Below are positions 29,067 to 39,135 of a stretch of DNA of 64,000 nucleotides, one piece after another. Source of the DNA: an uncultured Candidatus Saccharibacteria bacterium (GTDB lineage Bacteria; Patescibacteriota; Saccharimonadia; Saccharimonadales; CAZVRA01); the NCBI GenBank assembly GCA_964630055.1, contig CAZVRA010000003.1, positions 4,443 through 68,442 on the forward strand, given 5' to 3'. Numbering within the stretch: position 1 is the first letter of the stretch; the number at the start of each line of letters is the position of its first letter. The translations under genes were made by a program, and so were the position numbers. Under the pieces are notes generated by a model. That model did not search any database, was not told the origin of the DNA, and was given only the letters and a program-made list of their open reading frames with translations.

Positions 29067-29684
29067 TTATAGTTGTTTTAAAATTCTGGGTACGATCAAA
29101 AAATCATCTAGCAGCATTTGGCGCTGACCGCCGTTATATAACGCTGCTGCCGGATGATACAACGGCAAAACTACCAGCTTGGTGCCGCTGCTGTTATTTG
29201 GTTGGGCTAAGCTGATGCGCTTAGGCTGACCATGTATGGCGCTAATTTTTTGGCCAGGCAGAAAATATTCCATGCTGTGCCGGCCCAAGGTCACCACCAA
29301 TTTGGGTCGGATGACATTGAGCTGGCGCACCAGATATGGCCAAAAAGCCTTTTTTTCGGCAGGCAGCGGATCACGATTGTTGGGCGGACGATATTTGACT
29401 ATGTTAGTAATATAAACATCACTGCGTTGCCAGCCAATCGACTCGAGCATAGTCTGCAGAAACTTGCCGGCAGCCCCCACAAAAGGCTTGCCCTGCTCGT
29501 CCTCGTGTTTGCCGGGTGCTTCGCCAATAAACACTACCTCGGCATCGGCCGGACCATCGCCAAACACCAGTTGAGTCGCCGTGGCAGCCAACTCCGGACA
29601 AACTTGGTCGGCAGTTATCGACTGGGCAATTTGGTCTAGTTCGTCTTGTTGACTAGCTGCAACCTTGGAATTATTTGTTGCCAC
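29067..29684 (-). CDS. Uracil-DNA glycosylase, family 4
   Basis: FIGEAPGKHEDEQGKPFVGAAGKFL and HPAAAL(Y) motifs. Confidence 0.9.
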   Translation of the reverse strand: MATNNSKVAASQQDELDQIAQSITADQVCPELAATATQLVFGDGPADAEVVFIGEAPGKHEDEQGKPFVGAAGKFLQTMLESIGWQRSDVYITNIVKYRPPNNRDPLPAEKKAFWPYLVRQLNVIRPKLVVTLGRHSMEYFLPGQKISAIHGQPKRISLAQPNNSSGTKLVVLPLYHPAAALYNGGQRQMLLDDFLIVPRILKQL

Positions 29685-29886
29685 GTTTCAAACCTTTTAC
29701 CAAAAGTAATGCTAACGAGTATGTATTGCGCAAAAAGCCAATCAGTAGCAGCAGAGTAATGGCGTATTGCCACAGGCTGCCAGTATCTAGCGCCCGCGAG
29801 CCCATTAGGTAGGCGGCCAATAATTCGGCTAGGCCAAATACCGCAAAGCCTGTTTTAGTTTGGTGCCAAGCGCTAATTTTTTGCAT
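29671..29886 (-). CDS. Small two-TM membrane protein (hypothetical)
   Basis: 71 aa with two hydrophobic helices. Overlaps the UDG start by 14 nt. Confidence 0.45.
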   Translation of the reverse strand: MQKISAWHQTKTGFAVFGLAELLAAYLMGSRALDTGSLWQYAITLLLLIGFLRNTYSLALLLVKGLKRGNK

Positions 29887-29907
29887 TTGCCTTGATTCCC
29901 GTTTCCT

Positions 29908-32076
29908 CTAACTTTTTGACTTACCGTTGGCATTTTTGCCACCACTGCCACTGGCGTTTATGTCACGCGATTTCATGCTAAGTTGCAAGCGGCCGCGGTC
30001 GTCTATGGCTACTAGCTTGACGGTCACTTTGTCGCCTTCTTTAACTACATCGCTGGGTTTTTCTACCCGCTCGTCGGCCAGAGCGCTAACGTGTACTAGG
30101 CCGTCTTTGCCAGGCATAATCTGCACAAAGGCGCCAAAGTCCATAACGCTGACCACCGGTTTGTCACGGTAGATCTTGCCCACTTCTGGCTCCTCGGTTA
30201 GGCTCTTGATCCACTGGATGGCGGCGTCAATCTTGGCCTTGTCGGGGCTGGCTATCATGACTGTGCCGTCGTCCTTAATGTCTATTTCGGTGCCAGTTTC
30301 GCCAGTTATTTTTTGGATGGTTTCGCCACCCTTGCCAATAATCTCGCGGATTTTGTCGGGGTTAATTTTTATGCTTTCGACTCGCGGTGCATAAGGACTC
30401 ATCTCGGCCCGCGGCTGTGCAACTACGCTTAGCATGTGCTCCAAAATGTGAGCCCGGCCAGCCTTAGACTGATCGATGGCTTGCTTTAATACCGATACGG
30501 GTAGGCTGTGCAACTTCATGTCCATCTGAAGAGCCGTAATGCCCTTGGCGGTTCCCGTGACTTTAAAGTCCATGTCGCCAGCAAAATCTTCGGCGTCGGC
30601 TATGTCGCTTAGGACATAGGCTTTACCGTCGTTCATCATGAGGCCCATAGCTATGCCGCTAACAGGGGCCGTTAGTGGTACGCCGGCGTCCATCAAGGCT
30701 AAGCACGAGCTGCAAGTAGCGGCCATACTGGTGCTGCCGTTTTGGCTCATAATTTCGGTGACGCTGCGGATGGTGTAAGGAAAGCTGGCTATGTCAGGCA
30801 ATACCGGTATTAAAGCTCGTTCTGCCAGGTAGCCATGGCCGATCTCGCGGCGGCCTGGGCTGCCTAGGCGTCGTACTTCGCCAACTGTGTAGCCTGGCGC
30901 ATTGTAGTGGTGCATATAGCGGCGTTCGCCGTTGCTAACTTCCATGGTGTCAACCATTTGGGCGTAGCTGAGTGGCGCTAGCGTAACTATATTCATAGCC
31001 TGAGTAACACCTCTGGTAAAGATGCTAGATCCATGAGCTCTGGGCAGTAGACCAACTTCGCTGCTAAGCGGACGGATTTCGTCTAGTTTGCGGCCGTCGG
31101 GTCGCAAACCGTCTTTGACTATACCGTCTCGAACATCTTTATGCAGAGCCATTGTAAAGGCTTCGTCGTATTCGTCTCGTTTTTCTTCGTAATCTTCGCC
31201 AATTTTGGCAGTCATTTGTTCGTGGAATTGCCAGCGAATTTCGTTGACCATTTCGTTTCGCTCGGGGTAGGCTCTGCGCAGCGCAGCACCGAATTTGTCG
31301 GCCACCCAGGCATCTACTTGTTTTTGGACACTGGCGTCCGGCAGGACTAACTCGTATTCTTGGGCTACGGGGCTGATCTTGGCAGCTAGTTCGTTTTGTA
31401 GAGCAATTGCCGGCTGTAGTTCTTTGTGCGCCCAAGCCAAGGCTTCGACAATAACATCTTCGCTGACCTCGTTGGCGCCAGCTTCTACCATAGTGATGCC
31501 GTCTTTTATGCCTGCAACCACTAGGTCTAGGTCGCTAGCTTCGCGCTCTTCGGGGGTCAAAAAGGCTTTAAACTGTCCATCAACGCGGCCCAAACGAAGA
31601 CCAGCTACTGGTCCGTCAAACGGTGTGCCGGTTAGCATTAAGGCGCTGCTGGCGGCGATCATGGCTACCATGTCGGGGCGGAAGCTGGGGTCCATGCTGA
31701 GCACGCTGCTAACCACCTGCACTTCTTGGCGATAACCTTTAGGAAATAGCGGGCGAATTGGTCGGTCAATAAGGCGGCCAATCAGGATGGCTTCGTCGCT
31801 AGGACGGCCTTCGCGTTTAATAAATCGGCTGCCGCTGATTTTGCCGGCAGCGTAGAATTTTTCTTCGTAGTCGATGCTGAGCGGGAAATAATCTAGCTGA
31901 ATTGGGCGGCTACCAACCATGGCCGTGCCCAACACTACCGTGTCGCCGTAGCGCACTAGTACGCTGGCGGTGGTCCGGAAGCCAACTCGGTTGACTTCTA
32001 GGCTGAGTTTACGGCCACAAAGTTCGGTTTCGACTTTTATTATTTTTTTACCGCTTGGGTTTATGGTTTCTGACAT
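29908..32076 (-). CDS. pnp: Polyribonucleotide nucleotidyltransferase (PNPase)
   Basis: 722 aa with two RNase PH domains, KH (IREIIGKGGETIQKI) and S1 (VMDFGAFVQIMPGKDGLVHVS). Confidence 0.97.
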   Translation of the reverse strand: MSETINPSGKKIIKVETELCGRKLSLEVNRVGFRTTASVLVRYGDTVVLGTAMVGSRPIQLDYFPLSIDYEEKFYAAGKISGSRFIKREGRPSDEAILIGRLIDRPIRPLFPKGYRQEVQVVSSVLSMDPSFRPDMVAMIAASSALMLTGTPFDGPVAGLRLGRVDGQFKAFLTPEEREASDLDLVVAGIKDGITMVEAGANEVSEDVIVEALAWAHKELQPAIALQNELAAKISPVAQEYELVLPDASVQKQVDAWVADKFGAALRRAYPERNEMVNEIRWQFHEQMTAKIGEDYEEKRDEYDEAFTMALHKDVRDGIVKDGLRPDGRKLDEIRPLSSEVGLLPRAHGSSIFTRGVTQAMNIVTLAPLSYAQMVDTMEVSNGERRYMHHYNAPGYTVGEVRRLGSPGRREIGHGYLAERALIPVLPDIASFPYTIRSVTEIMSQNGSTSMAATCSSCLALMDAGVPLTAPVSGIAMGLMMNDGKAYVLSDIADAEDFAGDMDFKVTGTAKGITALQMDMKLHSLPVSVLKQAIDQSKAGRAHILEHMLSVVAQPRAEMSPYAPRVESIKINPDKIREIIGKGGETIQKITGETGTEIDIKDDGTVMIASPDKAKIDAAIQWIKSLTEEPEVGKIYRDKPVVSVMDFGAFVQIMPGKDGLVHVSALADERVEKPSDVVKEGDKVTVKLVAIDDRGRLQLSMKSRDINASGSGGKNANGKSKS

Positions 32077-32165
32077 AAGCTTTTTGGGGTTTTCCTTCCT
32101 GAAAATTTAAGGGATCTTAGATTAAGCCGAGAATTCCCCCTTTTTATTTAGAGAGCGCTCGCGTA

Positions 32166-32189
32166 CGCCCCGCCAACTGGTGCGGAGCG
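32166..32189 (-). promoter_or_regulatory. Hairpin between rpsO and pnp (8-bp stem incl. one G-U on the transcribed strand)
   Basis: Minus-strand RNA CGCUCCGC-N8-GCGGGGCG. The position matches the rpsO terminator / pnp leader processing hairpin known in other bacteria. Confidence 0.35.
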
Positions 32190-32203
32190 ACATCGCCAAT
32201 GCT

Positions 32204-32470
32204 CTATTTGCGTAGGCCTAGTTTTTGGACTAAGTCTAGGTAAGCCTGACTGTCCTTGCTAGCCACGTAGCGCAGCAAACGGCGGCGCTTGCCAACCATT
32301 TGTAGCAAACCGCGTCTAGCCGCAAAATCTTTCTTGTTTACTTTTAGGTGTTCGGTTAATTCTTTGATGCGTTCGGTCAAAATACCAACCTGCACTGCCG
32401 GTGATCCGGTATCTTGTTTATTGTGCTGCAGATCGCTCACGATCTTAGTCTTCTTCTCTGTCGAAATCAT
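32204..32470 (-). CDS. rpsO: 30S ribosomal protein S15
   Basis: 88 aa. [47 protein letters not shown]. Confidence 0.97.
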   Translation of the reverse strand: MISTEKKTKIVSDLQHNKQDTGSPAVQVGILTERIKELTEHLKVNKKDFAARRGLLQMVGKRRRLLRYVASKDSQAYLDLVQKLGLRK

Positions 32471-32545
32471 GAAACTCCTTCTTGGATTTTACTAAGAGAT
32501 TAATGGCGTTGGCACTATTATAGCACGCTCACCTCTGGTGCGCAA

Positions 32546-33265
32546 CTATTTTGTCTCAATCTTTTTGGCGTCATTAATCTGGTATTTACCAATTCTGGTG
32601 CGCCGCAGTTTACTGCAATAGGCCCCCGTGCCAAGGCTAGTGCCAATGTCGGCGACCAGGCTACGTATATAGGTGCCGCTACTGACGTCGCATTCGCAGC
32701 GCACAAACGGGTAGTCGTAGCTGGTTAGGGTCAAACGAGCAACCCGCGCCGGCCTGGGCTGTAGCTCGACTTTTTGGCCCGATCGTGCCAGTTTGTAGGC
32801 CCGTTGCCCACCAATTTTTATTGCCGAGTATATTGGTGGAACCTGCATTATATTCCCAGTAAATTTCTCTAAAACAGCCAATATATCTTTTTCGGACGGC
32901 TGCTTGTCGCTAACAATTGTTTTTTCGCCTTCCAGGTCTCCGGTGGTGCTGTTTTGGCCTAATATAGCTTCGAACTGATATGTTTTGTCTAGCTTCAAAA
33001 ACGATTCTGCCTGCCGGCAAGTCTCGCCCAGCAGCACAATTAGCAGACCAGTAGCAAACGGGTCCAGGGTTCCGGCGTGGCCAACTCTGAGCTGCTTTTT
33101 GGTGAACTTTTGTCCAGGCTGACTCTTTTTATCTGATGTCTGAGCCATTAGTGCCTGGCGGCGCTGTCCTCTAATTTTTGCCACAACGTCAAAACTTGTC
33201 CATCCAGCTGGCTTGTCGACTAGCAAAACAGAATCGCCCAAATACATGTTATCGGCTTGTTTCAT
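32546..33265 (-). CDS. truB: tRNA pseudouridine(55) synthase
   Basis: VDKPAGWTSFDVV and VGHAGTLDPFATGLL catalytic motif. Confidence 0.95.
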   Translation of the reverse strand: MKQADNMYLGDSVLLVDKPAGWTSFDVVAKIRGQRRQALMAQTSDKKSQPGQKFTKKQLRVGHAGTLDPFATGLLIVLLGETCRQAESFLKLDKTYQFEAILGQNSTTGDLEGEKTIVSDKQPSEKDILAVLEKFTGNIMQVPPIYSAIKIGGQRAYKLARSGQKVELQPRPARVARLTLTSYDYPFVRCECDVSSGTYIRSLVADIGTSLGTGAYCSKLRRTRIGKYQINDAKKIETK

Positions 33266-33292
33266 GATTGGTTAGTATACACCAGTAGGGGC

Positions 33293-35347
33293 CTATTGAC
33301 CGCCGGGGATGATGGGCGGTGGCAATGGTGGTGCCGAAGGAACGGCGCTACCGGCAGTCGGGTCGGCTGGCAATCCAGTGCTTGGCTTGACTAACTGAGG
33401 TGGAAAAACAGACTCAACAGTGTTGTCGTTAATATTGCTAGTGCTGGCTTGTTCGGTCACAGAAGCAGCGCTTGCGCTGCTAAAAGCTTTTTTGAGGCTG
33501 TCACGATCGGCAGTTTGATCAGAGCCAGATGTGATTGGAGTTGGTATGGGTGCCGGAGTTGGAAAATCGGAAGAACCATTGGCGTTATCAGCCTGCAAAT
33601 GAGGGCTATCGACAGATTTTTCGAGATCGGCTAGGGTTTGCCCGGTTTTATCTTGCGCTAGGCTAGTTGCTTCGGCCACTAAGGCTCCAGCCGAACTAGC
33701 CCCGCTAATAGGCTGGATTACTCTGCTTTTAGTGGCTAGAGTTGGGCCACTAACGGGCGGCTCAATCGGAGTCATACTTGCTTCGTCGGCCGAGGATTGC
33801 GCAGTGTTATTTGCACTTAAGGCGCCACCTAATGTTGGCGGCTCCAAGATCATCTGACTGCTGCCATCGGCAGCCTTTTGCCGGCCCGAATCTGTTGGCG
33901 TAGTTGTAGGTACTGTAGGCGCAGAGTCTGTACTGGACACCGGAGTTGGTAGGGCAATAGGATTAGGGTTAGCGCTAGCTTGGCTGGCTGCTTCAGCCGC
34001 TTCGGCTGCCTCGGCCTTTTCTTGTGCTTGCTCAGCCAGTCGGCTCATAGTCCCTTGGTCGTCTATATGAATTCGATCTAAACCGTCGCCAACATCTTCC
34101 TGATTATCATTGTCCTGAGCCACAGCCGCCTCAAGATCGGCAAGAGATTTACTGGCCGGAGCTGTCGCTGGTGATTCATGCTCAATAGCCATTGAGCCAT
34201 CGGCTGCTTTTACTGGGGCAACTGCTGGCAGATTCTGAGGTTGCTGCCCTGGTGCAGACGCTGCCACTTTTATGCCAGCTGACGAGCTAATTGCTGGTTG
34301 CGGCTGCAGTTTGCTGGCGACTAACTGCTGATTAGCCCCAGCCTTCATAAGTATCGCCGAGGTGCTCATGGTGTGGGGCGAAGTTTTTTGGTTGCTAAAA
34401 CGCTCCGTTTCGGCAACTATACCGGTTAACAATGCTGTGGCTATTTGGCTATCTAGCAAAATTTTGTCATTTTGCAACGGCTCAATCAGAGTGACAATCA
34501 TTTCGCATAAGCTACTAGCATTCATGTCTAGCCAGTTCATGGTCCCAATATCGGAGGCTGCAGAGTTGCTGACCGATATTACTGTGGCATCGTGCAAAAT
34601 TCGGCCATGTCCGGTAATAGCTTGGTCTAGATCTTCGCGCTTATGGACGCCCAGACCCAAAACTACATCAACATTAAAGTCGCCTTGGCTAAATTCCAGG
34701 TCCTTGTCGCTTATGCTAGTGTGGTAAGGGGTAATAAAAATTTTTACAAATTGATCTTCGACTTTATAGCGAAGCTTGTCGGCTTTGGACTTGTCCAGTG
34801 CAATAATAAAATCACGTAAACTGTCGGTGTTTTTCTCGATAGTTTTCTCGGGTTGCAAAAATTCCAGCGTGCTCGGCACTTGACCGCTAAATACCGATGT
34901 AGCGTGCTTATTGAGCTTATTCAAAATCAACGTGGCTCCAATAGCCGCCGACAGCTGGTCTACAGACGGATTATTGCTAACTGTTACCAGAATGTTATTA
35001 GCTTGAGCCAATTTTGTCGCTACGTCGCGGTTGCTGATGCTGGTTTTTTCTGGCTCAATTGGTGTTGCTGCTGGAGCAATCGGAAATGCCATGCTTGAGC
35101 TGCCCGATATAGCCGGGCCTACAGTAGGTAAATTGGCAAGATCATTGCTACCGCTCAAAGGCGTAGCTGCTAGAGGTGCCGATTGCCCAGCTATTGGGGA
35201 TAGAGCCGTATTTGGTAGCGCCGCGGGCATGGGCGGTAAGGCAGGTTGTGCCGGCATGCCAAAACCGGCATGCGGTGACGTCGCAAAGCCCGACTGCTTT
35301 ACGCTAATCATCGGGTCATAAGATGATGTGCCATTTTGAGGATCCAT
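33293..35347 (-). CDS. DHH-family-like protein with degenerate catalytic motifs, flanked by long disordered regions
   Basis: The central ~230 aa align by eye to the NrnA-type DHH domain, but motif I reads SNNPSVDQLSA and the DHH position reads VSNS. There is no GGGH/DHHA1. Syntenic with the nrnA position upstream of truB. Confidence 0.6.
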   Translation of the reverse strand: MDPQNGTSSYDPMISVKQSGFATSPHAGFGMPAQPALPPMPAALPNTALSPIAGQSAPLAATPLSGSNDLANLPTVGPAISGSSSMAFPIAPAATPIEPEKTSISNRDVATKLAQANNILVTVSNNPSVDQLSAAIGATLILNKLNKHATSVFSGQVPSTLEFLQPEKTIEKNTDSLRDFIIALDKSKADKLRYKVEDQFVKIFITPYHTSISDKDLEFSQGDFNVDVVLGLGVHKREDLDQAITGHGRILHDATVISVSNSAASDIGTMNWLDMNASSLCEMIVTLIEPLQNDKILLDSQIATALLTGIVAETERFSNQKTSPHTMSTSAILMKAGANQQLVASKLQPQPAISSSAGIKVAASAPGQQPQNLPAVAPVKAADGSMAIEHESPATAPASKSLADLEAAVAQDNDNQEDVGDGLDRIHIDDQGTMSRLAEQAQEKAEAAEAAEAASQASANPNPIALPTPVSSTDSAPTVPTTTPTDSGRQKAADGSSQMILEPPTLGGALSANNTAQSSADEASMTPIEPPVSGPTLATKSRVIQPISGASSAGALVAEATSLAQDKTGQTLADLEKSVDSPHLQADNANGSSDFPTPAPIPTPITSGSDQTADRDSLKKAFSSASAASVTEQASTSNINDNTVESVFPPQLVKPSTGLPADPTAGSAVPSAPPLPPPIIPGGQ

Positions 35348-35480
35348 TTTTATTTTTACCTGCTATCTGTGCCGATGACACCTTGTGGCGTCAAAGCTTG
35401 TAACTTAAGTTTAGATACAGAGGCAGATTATCACAGACGCTTATGCTTTGGCAAGTACTTTATTAAAAAGGCTAAGTCGA

Positions 35481-36293
35481 TTATTTATTTGCTGCTTGTT
35501 CTGCTAATGAAATGTATTTATTCACTTGTTCGTTAGCGGTTGCGCCTGGCTGTGCTGTCTGTATTACTACGCCACCTTCGGTAGTATCTACGCTTCCATC
35601 TTTTTTAACATTGACGCTGGCGAGGCTGTCGGGCCCATTGAAACTAGTTATGGTAAATAATTGGGTATTACCATCTTTGTCTTTAAGCTGATATATCTGA
35701 GCTTCGGGTGTTTCGCCGTCGGCTAATTTTCCGATATTAAGCGTGGTTTTGGTTTCGCCTGTCTGGGGGTTTTCGCTGCTTAATAATTGACCTTGGTTAA
35801 TTTTGTCTTTGGCAGAAAACTGGTTAAACCAATTGTCGTAATAGGTAATGTCCCTTTTGACCTCGTTGTTTTTTGCAGTTTCGGGAGTGCTGGTGTTTGG
35901 TTGGGTTTTAGAATGAGCCGGTGTAATAGCCGCGCTATTTTGTGACTTATTATTGCTTGTATTTATATTGCCCGGGTTGGCGTTAAAAACAGTAGTGGTT
36001 GTTAGTTTTGGCTTGCCGATTGTGGTGGTTGTCGCTGTTGCCGAATGTTGCACTTCGGTGGTGGGAGCTGATTCATCGGGTTGCGTAACCTCAGCGGTTA
36101 GGTTTGGTATGGTACTGCTTGTTGCTGTAGCTTCGGTCGTAGTGGTCACAAAATTAGGATTATCTGGGTTGTTGCTAGAGGCATTATCTTTGTTGTTCTC
36201 TGCGGAGCAAGCGCCGGCGGCTATACAGCCAGCCAATGTAGCAATGGCTGCAACTTCTTTAAGTTTTGAGGGTATTTTTTCGCTGGTGCTCAT
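35481..36293 (-). CDS. Putative lipoprotein, Thr/Asn/Ser-rich linker plus ~110-aa C-terminal domain
   Basis: Lipobox-like TLAGC at residues 18-22. Promoter TTGACT-17-TACTAT lies ~60 nt upstream. Confidence 0.6.
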   Translation of the reverse strand: MSTSEKIPSKLKEVAAIATLAGCIAAGACSAENNKDNASSNNPDNPNFVTTTTEATATSSTIPNLTAEVTQPDESAPTTEVQHSATATTTTIGKPKLTTTTVFNANPGNINTSNNKSQNSAAITPAHSKTQPNTSTPETAKNNEVKRDITYYDNWFNQFSAKDKINQGQLLSSENPQTGETKTTLNIGKLADGETPEAQIYQLKDKDGNTQLFTITSFNGPDSLASVNVKKDGSVDTTEGGVVIQTAQPGATANEQVNKYISLAEQAANK

Positions 36294-36474
36294 TTGATAT
36301 TTAATCCTTGAATTTAGTTTTTTGTTTTTGTAACCTATAAGCTCATAGTATCACACTTATGCTTAATAGTCAAGGCTTGGTGCTAGCTTGAAGGTGAGCA
36401 TTACACCAGCCGCCAAAAAAAGGGCGCAGAGCGATGGCAACTCGGCGGTCGGTTGCTATATATCTATAAATTTT

Positions 36475-36975
36475 CTATAAATCTTCGTCTGGTCCGGTGC
36501 GAACCAAGTTGGGATTGTTGCTTTGGGTTGCTTGAGGTGTTGGGGTTACGGTTGTGCCCGTGCCACTTGCTGGGTTGCCAGTTCCAGTGTTAGCACCAGC
36601 ACCAGCGCCAGCCGTAGAACCTGAAGTGCCAGAAGGAATTTGGGTTGCTCCCCCGCTGCCGCTACTATTTTGGTTGTCTTTGGCTTTGTCGCCGCTGTTA
36701 TTTGTGCTTGAGTTTTGTGATTGGTTCTGACTAGTTTGCTGAGAGGCAGTTGGCTGCTTTAGGCTACGGTTTTTGTATTTTCGGTATAGCCAGCGGCCGC
36801 CAAAGAATAAGGCAAGCAGCAATACCAAGGTAATTATCAGAGTGGCGATTGCCATTAACCAGGCTATACCAGCCCGTCGTCGTTGCTGGGCAGCGTAATA
36901 TGCTTGCACTTCTTCAGGCAAGACATTGTTGTTGTCGGCCGCTCGTTTTTTGCGGCTAAATGGCCATGTACTCAT
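36475..36975 (-). CDS. Hypothetical single-pass membrane protein with Gly/Ser/Asn/Thr-rich ectodomain
   Basis: WLMAIATLIITLVLLLALFFGG helix. Low-complexity tail ending NLVRTGPDEDL. Confidence 0.55.
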   Translation of the reverse strand: MSTWPFSRKKRAADNNNVLPEEVQAYYAAQQRRRAGIAWLMAIATLIITLVLLLALFFGGRWLYRKYKNRSLKQPTASQQTSQNQSQNSSTNNSGDKAKDNQNSSGSGGATQIPSGTSGSTAGAGAGANTGTGNPASGTGTTVTPTPQATQSNNPNLVRTGPDEDL

Positions 36976-37092
36976 TAGAAATTCTCCAAAACTCCCTATA
37001 ATAACCAGTATTATAGTACATATCTAAAATATATGCAAGTTTAGGTAAAATTCGGTACGACGAACGTAGGACAAATTAGGGCGACTCTGACT

Positions 37093-38754
37093 CTACATGC
37101 CCATCATGCCGCCGCCCATGCCAGCTCCGGCTCCGGCAGCTGCCATAGGGTCTTCTTTTTCGGGCACGTCTACTACTAGAGCACCCATGGTCATGCTGGT
37201 TCCGGCAACGCTAACGGCGTTTTGGATGGCTTCGCGGGTGACTCTGACTGGATCGATAACCCCTTTGGCTTTTAGGTCAACCAGCTCGCCAGGAGTGTTA
37301 ACGTCTACGCCCTGCCCGGCTTTGCCGCGGCGGACTTGTGGTAGCCACTCGTCGGCGTTAAGTCCGGCATTGGTTAACAGAACTCGGAATGGTTGCTCCA
37401 GGGCACGCAGCAATAGTAATTTGCCGGCTTCTATGGTTTGGTCTTTGTCGCTGCCAACTTGCACGGCGCTGGTTAGGTTGATTAGCGTTACGCCGCCGCC
37501 AGGTACGACGCCTTCGTCGAGGGCGGCTTTGGTGGCTGCTACGGCGTCATCGACGCGGAATTTTTTCTCTTCGATTTCGGTTTCGGTGGCCCCGCCAACT
37601 TTTATAACGGCCACCTTGCCTTCTAGCGCCGCCCGGCGCTTTTGCAGGTTTTCGCGGTCGTATTCGTTGGTGGATGCAGAAGTTTGAGCATTTATTTGCT
37701 CTATTCGTGCCTTAACATCGTTCTGAGATCCGCCACCTTCTATGATGGTGGTTTCGTCTTTGGTGACAATAACTTTGCGGGCAGTACCTAGCATGTTGAG
37801 CGTGACATCTTCAAAGCTCATACCTCGATCTTCGGCTACAACTGTGGCGCCGGTTAGTGTGGCAATGTCTTGGAGCACCTCTTTGCGCCTGTCGCCAAAG
37901 GCCGGCGCTTTAATGGCGACCGTGTTAAAGACTCCCTTAAGCTTGTTTAAGACCAAGGTGGTTAGGGCTTCGCCCTCTACATCTTCGGCAATTAGCACCA
38001 GGTCTTTTTTGCCGGCCTGGGCGCATTGTTCTAGGACTGGCAGAAATTCTTGCACCGAGCTAACTTTTTTGTCGGTTACTAGCACTACTGGTTTGGTTAG
38101 AACGGCCTCCATGCGAGCTGTGTCTGTCACCATGTAGGGGCTGACAAAGCCTCGGTCCATGGTAAAGCCTTCGACAACTTCGCTTTCTAGCGCTAGGCCT
38201 TGGCCTTCTTCGACGGTAACGATGCCTTCCTTGCCTACTTTGTCGATGACGTCGGCAATCAGGTCGCCAATGGCGCTATCGCCAGCACTAATGGTGGCGA
38301 CTTCGGCCACGCGGGATTTTTTGCCGCGGATGTCCTCGGCTAGACTGCCAAGTTTGGTCAATGCGTCATGAGCGGCCGACTCTAGGCCACGCCTAAGCAG
38401 CATGGGGTTGTGGCCAGCGGCAATAAGCTTGTTGGCCTCGTTTAGAATGTGATAAGTCAGGACGGTAACAGTGGTGGTGCCATCGCCTGCCACGTCGTTC
38501 ATTTTGCTGGCGGCTTGTTTGATTAGCTCGGCGCCGACTTTGTAGCCTAGTGTTTCGTCGTCTACATCGGCCAGATCGACACCCTTAGCTACAGTTACAC
38601 CGTCGTGAGTAATTGTGGGGCCACCGTAACTTTTGTTAATAACTACGTTGCGGCCTTTTGGGCCCATTGTTGTTTTGACTGCATCGTACAAAATTTGAGC
38701 GCCGCCCAGCACACGCCGGCGGGCGTCTTCGTCGTAAAAAACTTTTTTTGCCAT
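37093..38754 (-). CDS. groL: Chaperonin GroEL
   Basis: 553 aa. AGDGTTTVTVL motif and C-terminal GGMGGGMMGM. Confidence 0.98.
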   Translation of the reverse strand: MAKKVFYDEDARRRVLGGAQILYDAVKTTMGPKGRNVVINKSYGGPTITHDGVTVAKGVDLADVDDETLGYKVGAELIKQAASKMNDVAGDGTTTVTVLTYHILNEANKLIAAGHNPMLLRRGLESAAHDALTKLGSLAEDIRGKKSRVAEVATISAGDSAIGDLIADVIDKVGKEGIVTVEEGQGLALESEVVEGFTMDRGFVSPYMVTDTARMEAVLTKPVVLVTDKKVSSVQEFLPVLEQCAQAGKKDLVLIAEDVEGEALTTLVLNKLKGVFNTVAIKAPAFGDRRKEVLQDIATLTGATVVAEDRGMSFEDVTLNMLGTARKVIVTKDETTIIEGGGSQNDVKARIEQINAQTSASTNEYDRENLQKRRAALEGKVAVIKVGGATETEIEEKKFRVDDAVAATKAALDEGVVPGGGVTLINLTSAVQVGSDKDQTIEAGKLLLLRALEQPFRVLLTNAGLNADEWLPQVRRGKAGQGVDVNTPGELVDLKAKGVIDPVRVTREAIQNAVSVAGTSMTMGALVVDVPEKEDPMAAAGAGAGMGGGMMGM

Positions 38755-38805
38755 AATTTTATGATGTCCTTTCTTAAGATATTTCGATATTTCGTTAATT
38801 AAGGG

Positions 38806-39081
38806 CTAGGCAACGATTGCCAAAACGTCCTCTTCTTTGACTAAGATATAGTCTTCGCTGCCAACTTTTACTTCGGTGGTGCTGTAGCTTTTATAAATGA
38901 TCCGGTCGCCAGCTTTTAGCTGCTTGGCGTCTTTGCCGACAGCCACAATTTTGGCTGTTTTGGGCTTTTCCTGGGCGCCGCCGGGAAGGTACAGGCCGCT
39001 GGCTGTTCGGGTTTGGGCCTCTTCGGCTTGGGCCACTATGTAATCGCCCAGGGGCTTAATTGTTGGTTGATTGGTCGCCAT
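38806..39081 (-). CDS. groES: Co-chaperonin GroES
   Basis: 91 aa. IKPLGDYIV...SGLYLP mobile loop. SD AAGGAGGAG. Confidence 0.97.
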   Translation of the reverse strand: MATNQPTIKPLGDYIVAQAEEAQTRTASGLYLPGGAQEKPKTAKIVAVGKDAKQLKAGDRIIYKSYSTTEVKVGSEDYILVKEEDVLAIVA

Positions 39082-39135
39082 AACTCCTCCTTTTAGTCTT
39101 TTTGGCTTGGTTTTAAGATACGTTCTAGATATTCG

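Noticed and set aside
37097-38371. Long plus-strand ORFs (196, 131 and 70 aa) antisense to groEL. Similar antisense ORFs lie in rpoD (19157-20101), dnaG, rnj, pnp, polA, the P-type ATPase and ftsK.
   Set aside because: They lie entirely opposite strongly recognisable conserved genes. Their translations are Ser/Ala/Arg/Pro-rich and motif-free. This is the typical shadow-ORF pattern.
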